Made by a program: the position numbers and the translations under genes. This document shows, piece after piece, positions 1 through 12,989 of a stretch of 64,000 bases of DNA (positions within the stretch are counted from its first letter, which is position 1; each line of letters starts with the position of its first letter). Source of the stretch: Callorhinchus milii (lineage: Eukaryota); contig NW_024704760.1 of assembly GCF_018977255.1 (NCBI RefSeq), positions 10,912,001 to 10,976,000 on the forward strand. The letters run 5' to 3'. The notes below the pieces were generated by a model that searched no databases, was not told the origin of the DNA, and saw only the letters and a list, made by a program, of their open reading frames with translations.

Positions 1-59
1 GGATGGGTCCGTCAATGGGGCAATGAGAAACAGTCAAAGAGCTGTGAAATTTCATAAAG

Positions 60-2345
60 TCATGGAATCATACAGCACAGAAAGAGGCCATTCGGCCCAT
101 TGTGTCTGCGCCGGCTCCGAAAAGAGCAACCCAACTCAATCCCACTGGCCTGCTTTCTCTCCATCGCCCTGCAATCCTGTCCTCCCCAAATACCCATCTA
201 CTTCTCACTTAAAAGTTGTTAGTGAATCGGTTTCCACTACCCGTTCAGGTAATACATTCCAGATCCCAACAATTCACTGGGTGAAACTAACTTAAATCGG
301 TGTCCTCGGGTTACTGACCCACCTGCCAGTGGGAACAGTTTTTCCCGGTTCAACCTATCAAATCCTCTCATGATCTTGAAAACCTCTATTAAATCCCCTC
401 TTAATCTTCTCTGCTCTAGGGAGAATAATCCTAGTTTCGCTAACCTCTCCTCATAACTGAGGTCCTTCATTCCTGGAACTATCCTGGTAAACCTCCTTTG
501 CACCCTCTCCAATGCCCTAACATTTTTGCTAAAGTACAGTGCCCAGAACTGAACTCAGTCTAACCAACATTTTATAAATATTCAATATAATCTCCTGACT
601 TTTGAATTCGATGCCTCTATTTATAAAGTCTAGTATCCCGTATGCTTTTTTAACAGCTTTATCTACCTGTCCTGCCACCTACAGAGATTTGCTTATGTGG
701 ACTCCCAAGTCTCTCTGTTCATTTGCCCTCTTTAAGATTGTACCATCAGCTTTTACTGCCTCTACTTATTCTTCCGACCAAAATACAACATTTTACATTT
801 ATCCACATTAAACCTCATCTGCCACATTTCTGCCCATTTTACCAATCTGTCTAAGTCCTCTTGGAGTCTGGTGCTATCCTCCTCACCATTAACTACGTTT
901 CCTAGCTTAGTATCGTCTGCAAATTTGGAAATTGTGCTCCATATATCCAGGTCCAGATCATTAATATAGATCAGAAAGAGTAGTGGTCCCAATACCAATT
1001 ACTTCTCTGTACTTCCTATATTCTATTTGATTATCCTGCGTTTTGGACCTGACATTTGTCATAAGCCTCCTTCTTCTGTTTTATTTTAATCCCAATTTCC
1101 TTAGTCATCCAAGAAGGTTTGACTGTCCTACCTTTCCCCTTTGTGGGAATATATTTGCTCTGTCCCCGAATTATTTCCTCCTTGAAGGCTGCCCATTGTT
1201 CGTTTGCTGTCTTACCTGCCAATTTTTCTTTCCAGTCTATCTTGGCCAGGTCCCTCTTTAGCTCATTGAAATTAGCCCACCTCCATTTGAGGGTCTTTAC
1301 CTGTGATTGATTGTTGTCCTTTTCCATAACTATTCTAAACCTAATGATGTTGTGATCACTGTTATCCAGATGCTCTCCTACTGAAACCTGCTCCACTTGC
1401 CCCACTTCATTTCCCAGAACTAAATCCAGCTCTGCTTCCTTCCTCGTTGGGCTAGAAACATGTTGATCCAGAAAGTTCTCCCACACACATTTCAGGAATT
1501 GCTCCCCTTCCTTGCCCTTTACACTGCGCGTTTCCCAGTCTATGTGAGGATAATTGAAAAAATCCCCCATTATCACTACTCTATTGGTTTTGCATCTTTC
1601 CGAAATCTGCTTCCGGATTTGCTCATCTGCTCATTTGCTCATCTATCGCCTTCCCACTATTTGGAGGTCTATAGTAAATACCTAAGAGTAATTCTAATCA
1701 AATAGATTGAGTTTTTGGACCCTCTAACACATCGTCTTTTTCCAGGACTGTGACCGTGTCCCTAATGAGTATTGCACCCCTCTTCCTTTTGTCCCTTCCC
1801 TATCCCTCCTGAATAGGTTGTAGCCAGGAATATTCAGCTCCCATTCCTGTTCTTGCTTGAGCCAAGTCTCCGTAATTGCCACTACATCATAACCCCATGT
1901 GGCAACTCGAGCCGCAGCTCACCAAGCTTACGTCACGCTTCGTGCATTTACATACATGCACTCCAAGACCGGCTTAATCCACTCTACATTTCTCCCCCAT
2001 CTTTTTCCAGTTTGCTGGACTATTCCCTGTTTCATTTCTATTTGTCTCTCCTCGTCCACTATGTAACCCGTTTCCCCTCGCTGATGCTACATTCTGATCC
2101 CAACTCCACCCCCTCAAAATCAGCTTAAACGCTTCCCCACAGCATTTGTTATCCTTGTTGCAATGACATTGGTCCCAGCCCTGATCAGCTGTAACCCATC
2201 CCTCGTGTACAGGTCCCATCTGCCTCAGAAGTGGTCCCAGTGGTTTAGAAACCTGAAGCCCTCCTTCCTGCACCATTTCTCCAGCCAGGCATTCGTGTGT
2301 TGAATGCCTGACTGGCGAAATGGTGCCTAGCACATAATTTTTCAA
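60..2345 (-). mobile_element. CR1-type LINE, degenerate and internally deleted
   Basis: Minus-strand ORF pieces: esterase-like segment (1974-2345), APE endonuclease (1031-1576, GDFFNYPHIDW, SDHNIIRF), end of RT (762-998, LGPLLFLIYINDL, KFADDTKL), C-terminus (237-512) and a CR1-like 3'UTR. Most of the RT is missing. Confidence 0.9.
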
Positions 2346-2859
2346 ACACTTTTTTTAAACAATATCTGACTCACAAAGACACTATTTCTTCCACCAAACT
2401 CACAGACAGAACTACCATGAGATTATATTAACAACCACATGCAAAAATTAATCTTTGTAGGTATATTTCGGAGGCCTTCTGGGTACTCCCAGCAAACATG
2501 CAATGTAAAATCAATCACAAAGTGTACAGTACTCCATAATGTTTTCATTTTAATAATCCTTAACTCAGCTGCTTTTTATTAGTAATAATAATAAACCTTG
2601 CATTTGATATACAGGAAAACATTACTCCACTACCGGACGTATGATCTGGGAGTGTTCACACACCCATCCATCTTTTGAACTGCTGGCAAAGTTGTTGAAT
2701 TCTTGAGGCTGCAGTATTTATATAGGGGCTGATCAGGAAGAAAACTCAATAATAATTCCAGAATTTGATATAGCATCTTATCACTTCTTCGAGATGTCAC
2801 AAAGCCCTTCACAAAATATATTGCAAAGTGAATTGACTAAATTTTGTGTGAAAACACGG

Positions 2860-3065
2860 CAGGCAATTGCGCTCAATAGTGTCTCACAAATAATGGTGGA
2901 TTGAGTGACCAAATTATCATTACCCCCCAGAAAACCGCCAATTGACTAACACCCGGGTTCCTACTTATTGCTAGGTAAACAGAGGCGTGTGGAGTAAGGA
3001 AAGTTACCCAACGTTTTGCCCTCCCAGGAATCGAACCCAGGTCCTCTCGCTCGCGAGGTGAGTTC
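2860..3065 (-). mobile_element. tRNA-Ala-like-head Deu-type SINE (family A), partial
   Basis: Reverse complement of the family A head and core seen intact at 23197. Confidence 0.8.
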
Positions 3066-3350
3066 GCCCACTCAGAAGGTTGTGGGTTCAAGCTCCACAT
3101 TGGGGTCTTGAAATCATATCGTCTAAGTTGACACTCCTATGCAGTACTGGGGGTATCTTCCATTGTCGGAGGGCCGTGCTTCAGATGAGACATTAACCCG
3201 AGGTCCCATCTGCCTGTTCAGGTGGATGTTAAAGATCCTGTGAAACTATCCAAAATGAGAAGGGAGTTTCTCTCTCCTGGTGTCCTGGCCAACAACTCCC
3301 AAATAAAATTGGTCACTCGCTCCACGACTGTTTATGGAACATTGTTCAAA
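3066..3350 (+). mobile_element. SacSINE/LF-SINE-like Deu SINE (family B), partial
   Basis: tcagaaggttgtgggttcaag...cagatgagacattaacccgagg...gtggatgttaaagatcc, repeated many times in the window. Confidence 0.8.
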
Positions 3351-3384
3351 GTTCTGATATGTTACTTGAACCCACAACATCGAG

Positions 3385-3760
3385 TCCTGTGGCTTAGTGG
3401 TTAGAGCACTCACCATGCAAGTGAGAGGACCTGATTCGATTAAAGTTGTTTGACAACAACATTGTCCGGGCAGCGCAAAACATTGGGCAAGTTTCCTTAG
3501 TCCACACTCCTCTGTTTACTGAGCAGTAAATAGGAACCCAGTTGGGGGATTGCTTTTCCGGGGGAAATAATCTCCTCAAAAAAAAATATGAATTTGGTCA
3601 CTTAATCCATGACTATTTATGGGACACTGTGTGCGGAATTGACTGCCGGATTTCGGGCACAGGATATAGTTGTTTCACTTTACATTTTGTGAAACATTTT
3701 GAGATGTCTCGAAGATGTGATAAGGCGCTAAATCAAATGCAAGATTTATTATTATTACAT
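3385..3760 (+). mobile_element. Family A SINE, near full length
   Basis: gagtcctgtggcttagtggttagagcac head, Deu core, tail ending atcaaatgcaag(att)n. Confidence 0.85.
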
Positions 3761-4071
3761 TCTGATCCAGAGCATTACTAACTGGAAACATACTTCATTC
3801 AGATCTTATAAATGGCCAAATTTCTGCCTGGATGAATGGCTAGTAGCAGGATTAGACTAGCAACTGTTGGGGTACACAGCATAGGTTTGTTGATGTAGGT
3901 AGGGAGGGACAATAAGAGATGGTGCAACAATCACTGTGCAATTCAGTTACTGTGTTGGTTTTGACTGATTCAAATCATTATAAAAGATGTTGGTAAGCGT
4001 CATGTGAAGGGTCACTGGATTTGACGACTCGTTATAATTTTGTAAAGCGTTGATAGACAAAAGCCACTTAC

Positions 4072-4233
4072 TCATTATAAACTTTCCACGCGTTTGAGCC
4101 ATGCTGGGACATTAGCTCCAGGTTCTCGATCCTCACGGCCTGATGCTCCAGCTGTGCCATTGAGTTGTTGACGCACTCCTGCCAGGCGGTGATGTCGTTC
4201 TTCTGTCCTGAGGATGGGGCAGGCAGCTCATAC
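4072..4233 (-). CDS. BCAS2: BCAS2 (SPF27) coding exon 4
   Basis: 162 nt, cag|GTATGAG...AATGA|gtaagt; [53 protein letters not shown] matches vertebrate BCAS2. Confidence 0.97.
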
Positions 4234-4359
4234 CTGTAAGGGGCAAGAGACAGGAGCAAGAAGGTAGGAAAGAAAATCAATCTAACTGAAGGAACGCAGA
4301 ATGGGCACCAAGCCGCACAATTGTGTTCAGTGTTCAGTGAGAGTGAAGCAAACAGCAAC

Positions 4360-4660
4360 AAAATGACAATTGTATATCACCTTTCACAGCGGGAGGATGT
4401 TCCAAGGCGCTGGACAGATAGAGTTATGGACCCGAGCTGGGGGTCGGGGTGGGGGAGGGTAGAGGGTAGGGGGGAAAGCAGGAAGATCAAAAGCACAGTT
4501 GAAGAGGAGGGTCTTGAGGTGGGTCCTGAAGGTGGCAAGGGAGGGGGCGAGACAGAGGGACAGCAGGATGGAGTTCCAGAGGGTGGGTGCAGAGTGGTGG
4601 AAGGCCCACCCGCCAATAGTGGGGCGAGCAAGGCGGGGGGCGTGAAGCAGGCCAGAGCCG
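4360..4660 (-). mobile_element. L2 LINE 3' fragment
   Basis: GGWAFHHSAPTLWNSI-type L2 C-terminus plus the tail gcgccttggaacatcctcccgctgtgaaagg. Similar short L2 3' pieces lie at about 8690, 16400, 27040, 35380, 39580, 49200, 54650 and 57290. Confidence 0.85.
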
Positions 4661-5560
4661 TCACACCCCCTCATAAATGAACCACATTACTGAGTTGAAC
4701 AGACAAAGGAAAGTCTTGTGCTGAGTTACCTAATCCCACTGAGAATGCCTCTTCCCGCCTGCACTCCAGTCCCACTTGCCACCTGGACTCAAGTGCCAAC
4801 CAAATTAGGTGAGTTAATGGCAACTCAATGGCTGTAGATTGACAGTTATCTTTGATATCAGCAAAGGGGATGGATGCTTTGCTGCAATCTGCTGGACAGA
4901 ACAGCGCAGCACAGGTGGTGGTTTGGCTGGAATTCCACACTTACAATGCCACATAAGTTGGAAGGACATTTCAATACAGATTGTTATCATCACAAAAAGT
5001 ACTCAGAATAGATTAGTGTGCTGCATGGGGGAGAGTAGGAGGGGGAAGAGAGAGCGAGAGAGGAGAGAGAGAAAGAGAGAGAAAGAGTGAAGCGAGAAGA
5101 CTGAGAACTAAATAAGTATTTGGAAAAACTATTCCAAGTACAGGGACTTTACTGTCAATATCTGGTAACTATTTTACACAGAGTGGCTAAGTCAAGCTAT
5201 AGCTGTGGCACCAATTAATACACAATAAAATATAAAATGACATTTGTACAGCGCATTTCACGTCGGGAGGACATCCCAAGGCGCTGGGCTAATATTTCTA
5301 CAAAGAAAGCAAATGTTCATTGCAGTCAATGTCCTAAGTGATCTTTTGCTTCGGATACATTATTTAAGCAGCATATTGCATGAGTTAAGGTAAAGAGATT
5401 GGAAGGAAACATAAAACACCAATTACTGGTCATTTGAAGATTCAAGGACACATTTGAAGATTTGAACATAGAGCAAATTCAACACTAGCAAACTATATCA
5501 GAAAATAATTAAAAAGGACATTTCCAAATAACCACTTCAATACTAAATCTGTGGACTCAC

Positions 5561-5631
5561 CTTTTCATACTGAGCAGTTCCATTGGCTGCCGAGCTGCTA
5601 GACGCTCAAACTCATTCCTCATTATCTCAGT
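5561..5631 (-). CDS. BCAS2: BCAS2 coding exon 3
   Basis: 71 nt, gcag|ACTGAG...AAAAG|gtgagt; [24 protein letters not shown]. Confidence 0.97.
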
Positions 5632-7101
5632 CTGCAAAAAGTTTGGTTTAAATATACATTAATTCCTAATCACATACAATGTTTATGTAGTGCAGATTCA
5701 ATGCATTGCACAAGATGAAAAGGTGAAAAGATGAAAGGGTGTGCGCGTGCTAAACCTATATTTTCCATAATGGAGGTAACGCAAGAAGAAATGTGTAATT
5801 TTTGGCTTGTTTGTTGCTCTAAACAACACAATGTATAATCTTTCTAAAAGAAAGGTTTTACACAGTGGGTAATTAATGACTGGAACATTACCTGGGAAGG
5901 TGATAAGAGGCCATGGTACCCAATTCATTTAATCAACAGCTTGATGCTCGGGTCCAAATCCCCTGACTGTCCAGCGCTTGGGATGTCCTCCTGATGTGAA
6001 AGGTTGCTGTGTAAATGTAATTTGTTGTTGATACTGCAATGGGTGGGCAGCAGGATGGGTATTTTGGAATACTAAGGTCAAATGGAGAGCTTTCTCTATT
6101 GAAACCACTCTGTCAATTTGTTTGTCTTGTCCTGGCTGGACCTATGTTGTTATGTTTTTATTTAATATTGAGCAGGTACAGTTTCTGTAAATTTATCTTC
6201 AAACCATTTTAAAAAGGGAATCGAAGTAACAAGCCGTGAACCTATTGCCAATCCCATTAGCTTGAGCTAAAATATTCTTCTTCTACTCCCTACCAAAAAC
6301 TCACTGTCTGACCCATTTTTCCAAATGGTCACATGGATATAGAAAGCCCAATCTCTTCTAATACCTGATGCCTTTTGGCACATCCCATTCATCTCTGTCG
6401 TCAACACCAGATTAGAATAATAATCCATGCATCTGAGATAGAGCCTTTCCACATCAGGATTTACTGTACAACAACTTGCACTTCTATAGCGCCCTCCACA
6501 CAGGGCAGGTGGATGGTGGAGCCTGACTCCAAGCCGGGGGCAGATGGGGGGAGGGACAGGTGCCGGACACTACAGTGTCAGCACTACACTGTATTGTAAT
6601 GACAGCATTTCTTGGTAAAGGCGGCGGACAGTTTGCAGTGCTCCCCAAACAATGAAGAGAATGAGTGATTATCTGGGGATTTTCAACCAGGCCACTTCAT
6701 TCACTTTTCCAATAATACCATGAGATCTCATTGTCCACTTAAACAGGCAATGGGACCTGGGTTTAACATTTCATCTGAAGGACAGCACCTCCAACAATTC
6801 AGCGCTCCCCCATCTCAGCCTAGACTGAGAGTTTAAAGTTCTTATGTGGAATCTACAACCTTCTACCTCAGAGCCAAGCATGCTCCTACACTTTACAGTA
6901 AATCCTGTAAGAGGTTTTGATGATGTGATAGAATAGGCAAATATGGTAACATAAATTTAAACCCAGGGATTTCCTAGGATTTCTGATTGCTTCTGATGTA
7001 CCGATTTCTGTTAATGGAATGTATTAAAAGACTTGGACATCACTAAGAATGTAATGAGAAGATGCAGATGGCGTGTTCAGGCTACAGCTCCACATACTCA
7101 C

Positions 7102-7194
7102 TTCAAACGCCGAATAGTCAGGTGTAGGCAAATAGCTCAGGTAATTTTTCGTAGGTCGATATCGCCTGGTTTCTTCCTCCACCAGTGCAGCTGC
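7102..7194 (-). CDS. BCAS2: BCAS2 coding exon 2
   Basis: 93 nt, ttag|GCAGCT...TTTGAA|gtgagt; [31 protein letters not shown]. Confidence 0.97.
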
Positions 7195-7287
7195 CTAACA
7201 GATAGAAAGTGGGGGAAAAAAAGTTGTGAGATCGGAGGCACAAATGAGCATTTCTGCCCAACACTGCTCAATATTGCCCAATTATTC

Positions 7288-7410
7288 TAAAGGCAAAATG
7301 CTGGAAATCAGAAATAAAAACAGAAGCCGCTGGGAACACTCAGCAGGTCAGGCAGCATCTATGGAGAGAGGAAAGTGAGTTAATTTTTCAGGTCGATGAC
7401 CTTTCGTGAC
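7288..7410 (+). repeat. Dispersed repeat (aatgctggaaat...cagcaggtcaggcagcatctatggagag), half copy
   Basis: Same sequence at 60640-60825 and a related reverse copy near 40860-40930; family not identified with certainty. Confidence 0.7.
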
Positions 7411-9289
7411 AAAACCTTTTTTTTATTGCCCAACTATTCTTTTCCACTGCTTTTCTCTAAACCGATGCCTTAAAGCGTTCACAGAATATTAATTCTATTT
7501 TTAAAAAAATAGAAAAATGTGGTTAATCAATGCACAAGTCGTTTTTTAAATTTTCTTTGAAGGCTGACTATTCAGTACAATGTGGGGGGCGGCGAGGGTG
7601 GGGGGGTGTTATCCCAGGTAAAGGGAGTTGATAATTTTAGAAAACTCATGAATCTTTTAACAAGTTTTTTGCTTGAGTGATTTTTTCAATGAAAGCACTG
7701 AGTCAATTAGCCAATCAAAATGCAATTACCTGGTTAGAGGTTTGTCAGCTAAATGATGAATCCCAAAGATACCGCCATAACATGCTTTCAAATTGCAAAA
7801 AAACACCAAATTTAGTAGCTGGAGAATAGCCAGACGATCCCAGCTGCTGTCTTGTAAGATTTAACCTACTGTAAATGCATATTTTTATATTAAAATAAAT
7901 CTGTTGAGTTTTGGATTAGTCATATTGGTTACAAGACTGCACTTTATAGTCCATGGATCTCATTTCTGCTTTCATTGTCTAATAAGTCTAAGATAAATTT
8001 GATCAGACCCATTTATATTGGTATGTAAAATCCTTCAGCTGCAAAAGAACAGCCAGTGTAACAATGTTATCTGTTGGAAATAAGTCTAATTGCAATCACA
8101 CTTGAAAATGTGATTGACAACTGCTAAATCCCTTCTGCAAAAAAAACAATCCTCCGAACCATGACTATAATAAAGCCCACTATAAATGTAATTATGCTGT
8201 GCGGTCCAGGTTTAAAATAAGCTCTTATTTCATTTCTCATCTCTCCAGGTGTTGAATTTAGCAAACATCACAGCAGGAGGATAAATAACTTTGGGGGTAA
8301 AGAGCATCAGTATGCTGTCTTTTTTTCCATCTCATTTCTAGCTTTGAATCCAGTCCAGGCTGACAGAACAAAAAGACCTTGTTGGCAGCTCTTCAGTCAG
8401 CACAAAATGAGTGTGGTGTTGGCTCCACTCCCACTGGACACGAGCTCACAGCACCAGACTGCCCACTGAGAGTACGAACTGACAATCTCGCTCAGAGGCT
8501 CGGCACAGATGGCAGTGTGGGAACTGTTAATGCCACAGGTGAGAGGGAGATGGCTAATTGTCAATTGTTGAGGGCTGAACACCAAACTGATTTATTTGGC
8601 CAATACAGTAAACACCCAGCTCCAGGTATTTGAATGAGGGTGAGTAATTACACCTTGGTTTCAAGATCCTCACACTCATTTTTAAATCCCTTCATGCCCT
8701 GGCATCTCCCTACCTCTCCGAGCTGTCTAACCCCCCCCAATCCACAGCCTCTGGCCTCCTGCATGTCTCCCATTCCACCATCGGCAACCGCTATACCATT
8801 ACACCCCAAAACGCTGGAACATCTCTTTCTTGATCTCTCCTCCTTACCCCTTCCTTCCCCATTTTCGGGTCACACCTGAAGACCTTCCTATTTAATCATG
8901 CCTAAGGTCACCTCCACTCCCCGGGCTCGGCGATGTGCTCCGCCACTGTCAAGCGCTCTGGGACACTACTGTGCGTGAGGGCGTATATAATTGCGAGTAG
9001 TTGTTGTTTACATGCAGTGCCGGTAAATGCCAGCATATGCATTAACAGCATTTTCTGGCACTACCTATGCATTTTTTGCATTACTGACATTTTAATTACG
9101 CTTAGCTGGAAATTCCAGCTCAAACTGGATCTCCCCTCATTAGTTCAGCTACCTGGGGTTTTATCTGTACAGAACTGTATCTGAATGATCTTCCTGACAT
9201 CACTGCTGAGTGCTTAAAGTGACAGCCTCATCAAAAGAAGAAGTATGATTCATGACAGAAATTATTTTTGCTTCATCTGAAGATTTATC

Positions 9290-10230
9290 TCAAATCATAA
9301 GAACAACAACAAAATTACATGTGTATCGTGTTTTTCATGCCAGGAGGATGTCCCAATGTGCTGGACTGTCAGGGATCCGCACCCAAGCCGGTAGTTGGGA
9401 TCAGGAGGGGTGGAGGGCAAGGTATGAGGGTGACTGAACGCTCGGTTGAAGAGGAGCATCTTGAGACGGATCTTGAAGGAGGCAAGGGAGGGAGTGTGGC
9501 CAAGGGACTGTGGGATGGAGTTCCAGAGAGTGGGAGCAAAGGGGTTGAAGGCCCACACACCAATGGTGAGGAGGGCAAGGCAGGGGACGTGTATCAGGCT
9601 GGAGTTCGCTGAGAGGTGGGAGCAAACTGGTTGGTGGAGTTTAGGAGGTCACAGAGGATGAGGGTCTCGGCGGCATGCAATGAGACAGTGGCAGAGCTGT
9701 GCGGTGTTACGGAGGTGAGGAAAGGCGGAGCGGATCGTGGCACATATGTGGGGTATGAAGGACAGTTGAAGATCGAACAGGACACCGAGGTTCCAATTTG
9801 GCTCCATGAGGTGAACAGTGCATCCATGAACAGTGTTGCTGTCAGCGCCCGAAGTATGGAGGCACTGACGAAAGCTAAGCAGGAGAATCTGAGTGTCGTT
9901 GACATTCAACTGGAGAAAGTTAGCTCTCATTCAGGACTTGATATCCGACAGGACAGCATTGGAGCGGAGGGCGGAGGCAGAGAGTTAGAGTTGAGTGTCA
10001 TCTGCATACATGTGAAAGTTGACAGATGATGTCACCAAGAGGGAGCATATAGCTGTTGTAGAGGAGGGGACCAAGGACAGAGCCCTGAAGAACGCCGCAC
10101 AAGATGGTCCGGGGGCCGGAGGAGAAGCCATTAGTGGAGATGAAGTGGAGATGGTGTGAGAAGTACGATCTAAACCACTCAAGGGCAGGTCCGTGAAGGT
10201 TGAGCTGAGAGGAGGTGGAGGAGGATAGAA
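9290..10230 (-). mobile_element. L2 LINE fragment (RT end to 3' tail)
   Basis: [26 protein letters not shown] and APTLWNSIP segments on the minus strand, frameshifted. Confidence 0.88.
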
Positions 10231-11454
10231 TAGTCGACAGTGTCGATGCCAGCAGAACTAAATTAAATGCATGGATTATTATTAAAATGAATAAAGAATT
10301 GATTACATGCTCTCCTATTGGTGGAAGCCAGCTTGGATGCCAGCGCTTTTAGATTACATTATCACCTGACAGTCCTTTTTAGCTGACAGTCCTTTATCCA
10401 GACATTTACATTCTGATACCTTCATGGTTTTGATAATGAAATTTTCCTAAGGAAAAGGCCCAGTGTAATTTCAACATCAATTAATAACGATCCTGGTAAA
10501 TTTCAATGATTTTCAATTACACCTACCACAATGTTTGTCAGATTGCAATGACACTACTTGGCACAGAAGAGTTGTAATAAACCATGTATTTGATGAAACG
10601 TCTACACCAATGCTCTCAGTAACAGCTACAATAAACTGACTGCTGTGTGTCGCCCACAGTTAATCCACTTTACACTATATCCTGTGAAGGGCTTTGAGAG
10701 ATCTCAATGGTCTTACCTGATAAGGGGCTATATCAAATGCAAGGATTATTATTATCCACCTGAACAGGCAGCTGGGACCATCTTTCAAACATCTCATCCA
10801 AAGTATGGTACCTTGAGCATTGCACTGGAGTGTCAGCCTGGACTGTGAGCTCAGTCAACCCACCCCCTCTGTCTACCTCTAATCTGCCTTGTCACTCACT
10901 CACTCACTCACGCTCTCTCTATACCATTAAAGCCCTCTCCACCCTTACTCCTTTTCTGATAATAAATAATAATCCTTACATTTAATACAGTGTCTTTCAC
11001 AACAGGATGATGTCTCAAACTACTTTACATGATTCACTTGTGTGTTTTTGTAGATGAATACAGCAGCCAAATTGCTCACAGCAGTATCCCACAGTCATGA
11101 ACATAATAATAATAAGCCTTGTATTTGATATAGTGCCTTGTCACGCCATTGAGACATTTTGAAGCGCTTCACAGAATATACTGTAAAGTGGATTGACTGT
11201 GTATTTTGTGAACAAACACACCATCCAGCTTGCTCTCAGCAGTGTCCCACAAACAGTCATGGAACTAGCGACCAATGTTTTTCTCTGGGAGATTGTTTGC
11301 CAGGACACCGGGGGGGTGGGGGGGAGAGAGACTCCCATCTCTTTTCTAATAGCACTGCGGGATCTTTAACATGTACCTGCACAGGCAGAGGGGGCCTTGG
11401 GTTAACGTCTCATCAGAAGGACGGCACATCTGACAATTAGAGCGAGAGAACCCC

Positions 11455-11850
11455 CACCTCCATCACATCCTCACCACCAGCACCAACCTCCCCACCCCCC
11501 CACCTCCTCACCACCAGCACCAACCTCCCCACCCCCCCACCTCCTCACCACCAGCACCAACCTCCCCACCCCCCCACCTCCTCACCACCAGCACCAACCT
11601 CCCCACCCCCCACCTCCTCACCACCAGCACCAACCTCCCCACCCCCCACCTCCTCACCACCAGCACCAACCTCCCCACCCCCCCACCTCCTCACCACCAG
11701 CACCAACCTCCCCACCCCCCACCTCCTCACCACCAGCACCAACCTCCCCACCCACCCACCTCCTCACCACCAGCACCAACCTCCCCACCCACCCACCTCC
11801 TCACCACCAGCACCAACACCCCCACCCACCCACCTCCATCACATCCTCAC
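11455..11850. repeat. 36-37 bp minisatellite (cacctcctcaccaccagcaccaacctccccaccccc)n in BCAS2 intron 1
   Basis: About 10-11 tandem copies read directly. Confidence 0.95.
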
Positions 11851-12078
11851 CCCCCGCCCCCCAGCGCTGCACTGACAGACGATGTGATTCCAAGTCCTGA
11901 TGTGGAATTGAACCCACGACCTCCTGCCTGAGAGGCTCTCGAGGCTCTCAGTGAGTCAGGCTGACACCCCCCCCCTCCCGGTACAGGCCCCACTGGCCCC
12001 CTCCGCGCCGCTCCCCGGGGGCACAGGCCAGAGGGGCGGCCGCTGCCCCGCGTTTCCCATCGCTGCTCCCGCACTTAC

Positions 12079-12171
12079 CGCCTCCCGCACTCCCGGCGCG
12101 TCGTAGCCCTGGTCAAAGTAGGGCAGCGCGTCCACCACCACATCGCCCGCCACAGCCAGCGGCCCCGCCAT
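12079..12171 (-). CDS. BCAS2: BCAS2 coding exon 1
   Basis: ATG at 12171-12169; [31 protein letters not shown] (93 nt), donor GCG|gtaagt. Confidence 0.97.
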
Positions 12172-12174
12172 CTT
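12165..12174 (+). promoter_or_regulatory. YY1 motif (CCGCCATCTT) overlapping the BCAS2 start codon
   Basis: Exact CCGCCATNTT match in a CpG-rich region. Confidence 0.55.
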
Positions 12175-12180
12175 ACCCCG

Positions 12181-12420
12181 ACACACTGCGCCTGCGCGGT
12201 TTCCCTCCACACACTGCGCCTGCGCGGCTTTCCTCCACACACTGCGCCTGCGCGGCTGCCCGCCACACACTGCGCCTGCGCGGTTTCCCTCCACACACTG
12301 CGCCTGCGCGGCTGCCCTCCACACACTGCGCCTGCGCAGTTTCCCTCCACACACTGCGCCTGCGCAGCCTCACCCCGCCCCCCCCCCCAACGCGACATAC
12401 GCGCTGCGCCTGCGCAGTTT
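12181..12420. promoter_or_regulatory. 28-bp tandem array of NRF1-type motifs (TGCGCCTGCGC) in the BCAS2 promoter/5'UTR
   Basis: Motif starts at 12187, 12215, 12243, 12271, 12299, 12327, 12355 (period 28) plus 12405; GC boxes follow at about 12462 and 12484. Confidence 0.7.
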
Positions 12421-12989
12421 CCTCCTCGCCCTCACGCCCGTTAGTCAATGTGACTACATTTTGGGCGGGTTTCACGCCCCATTGGGCGGGTTTTTGGTTG
12501 TGGTTTTAAAAACTGCTTCAGGCGGGTACCTAACTTTTATAATAATATATATATATATATAATTCACCCCCCACTCCCCTCCCCCTCTGACTAACCTTCC
12601 ACTGTTCGCTCTGCTGCCCCATTAATAGGTAACACATAAGTCATTATTATTGTTGTTGTTGTTGTTGTTGTTGAGCCTCCCTGAGCCGCGGGCAGCACCG
12701 GGACAGTCCCGGGGACGGGGAATCCTCCCACTCAGCTCCTATTCACCCCACAGCCAACCGTGTATATATGGTGTAAAGCTGAGGCCCAAGACCAGAACCC
12801 CGGGGAACAACACTCGTCGTGTTCTCCGCACTTGGCATTTTTGCTAATAACCTCTTGTGTGGAACCATATCAAATGCAAAGGCGATAAGAGAGTTCCCCA
12901 AATCTGGTGAGAGGGACAGTGCAGGTGCTGCTGTGACTGCTGGGGCCAATTTGGAGCTATTCACTGTAACCTGACAACTCGACCCATGC

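Noticed and set aside
1-4071. BCAS2 exons 5-7
   Set aside because: I found no matching coding sequence; they presumably lie left of the window.
11956-12475. Overlapping minus ORFs extending upstream of the BCAS2 ATG
   Set aside because: They arise from the 28-bp array. Homology to BCAS2 starts at MAGP (12171).
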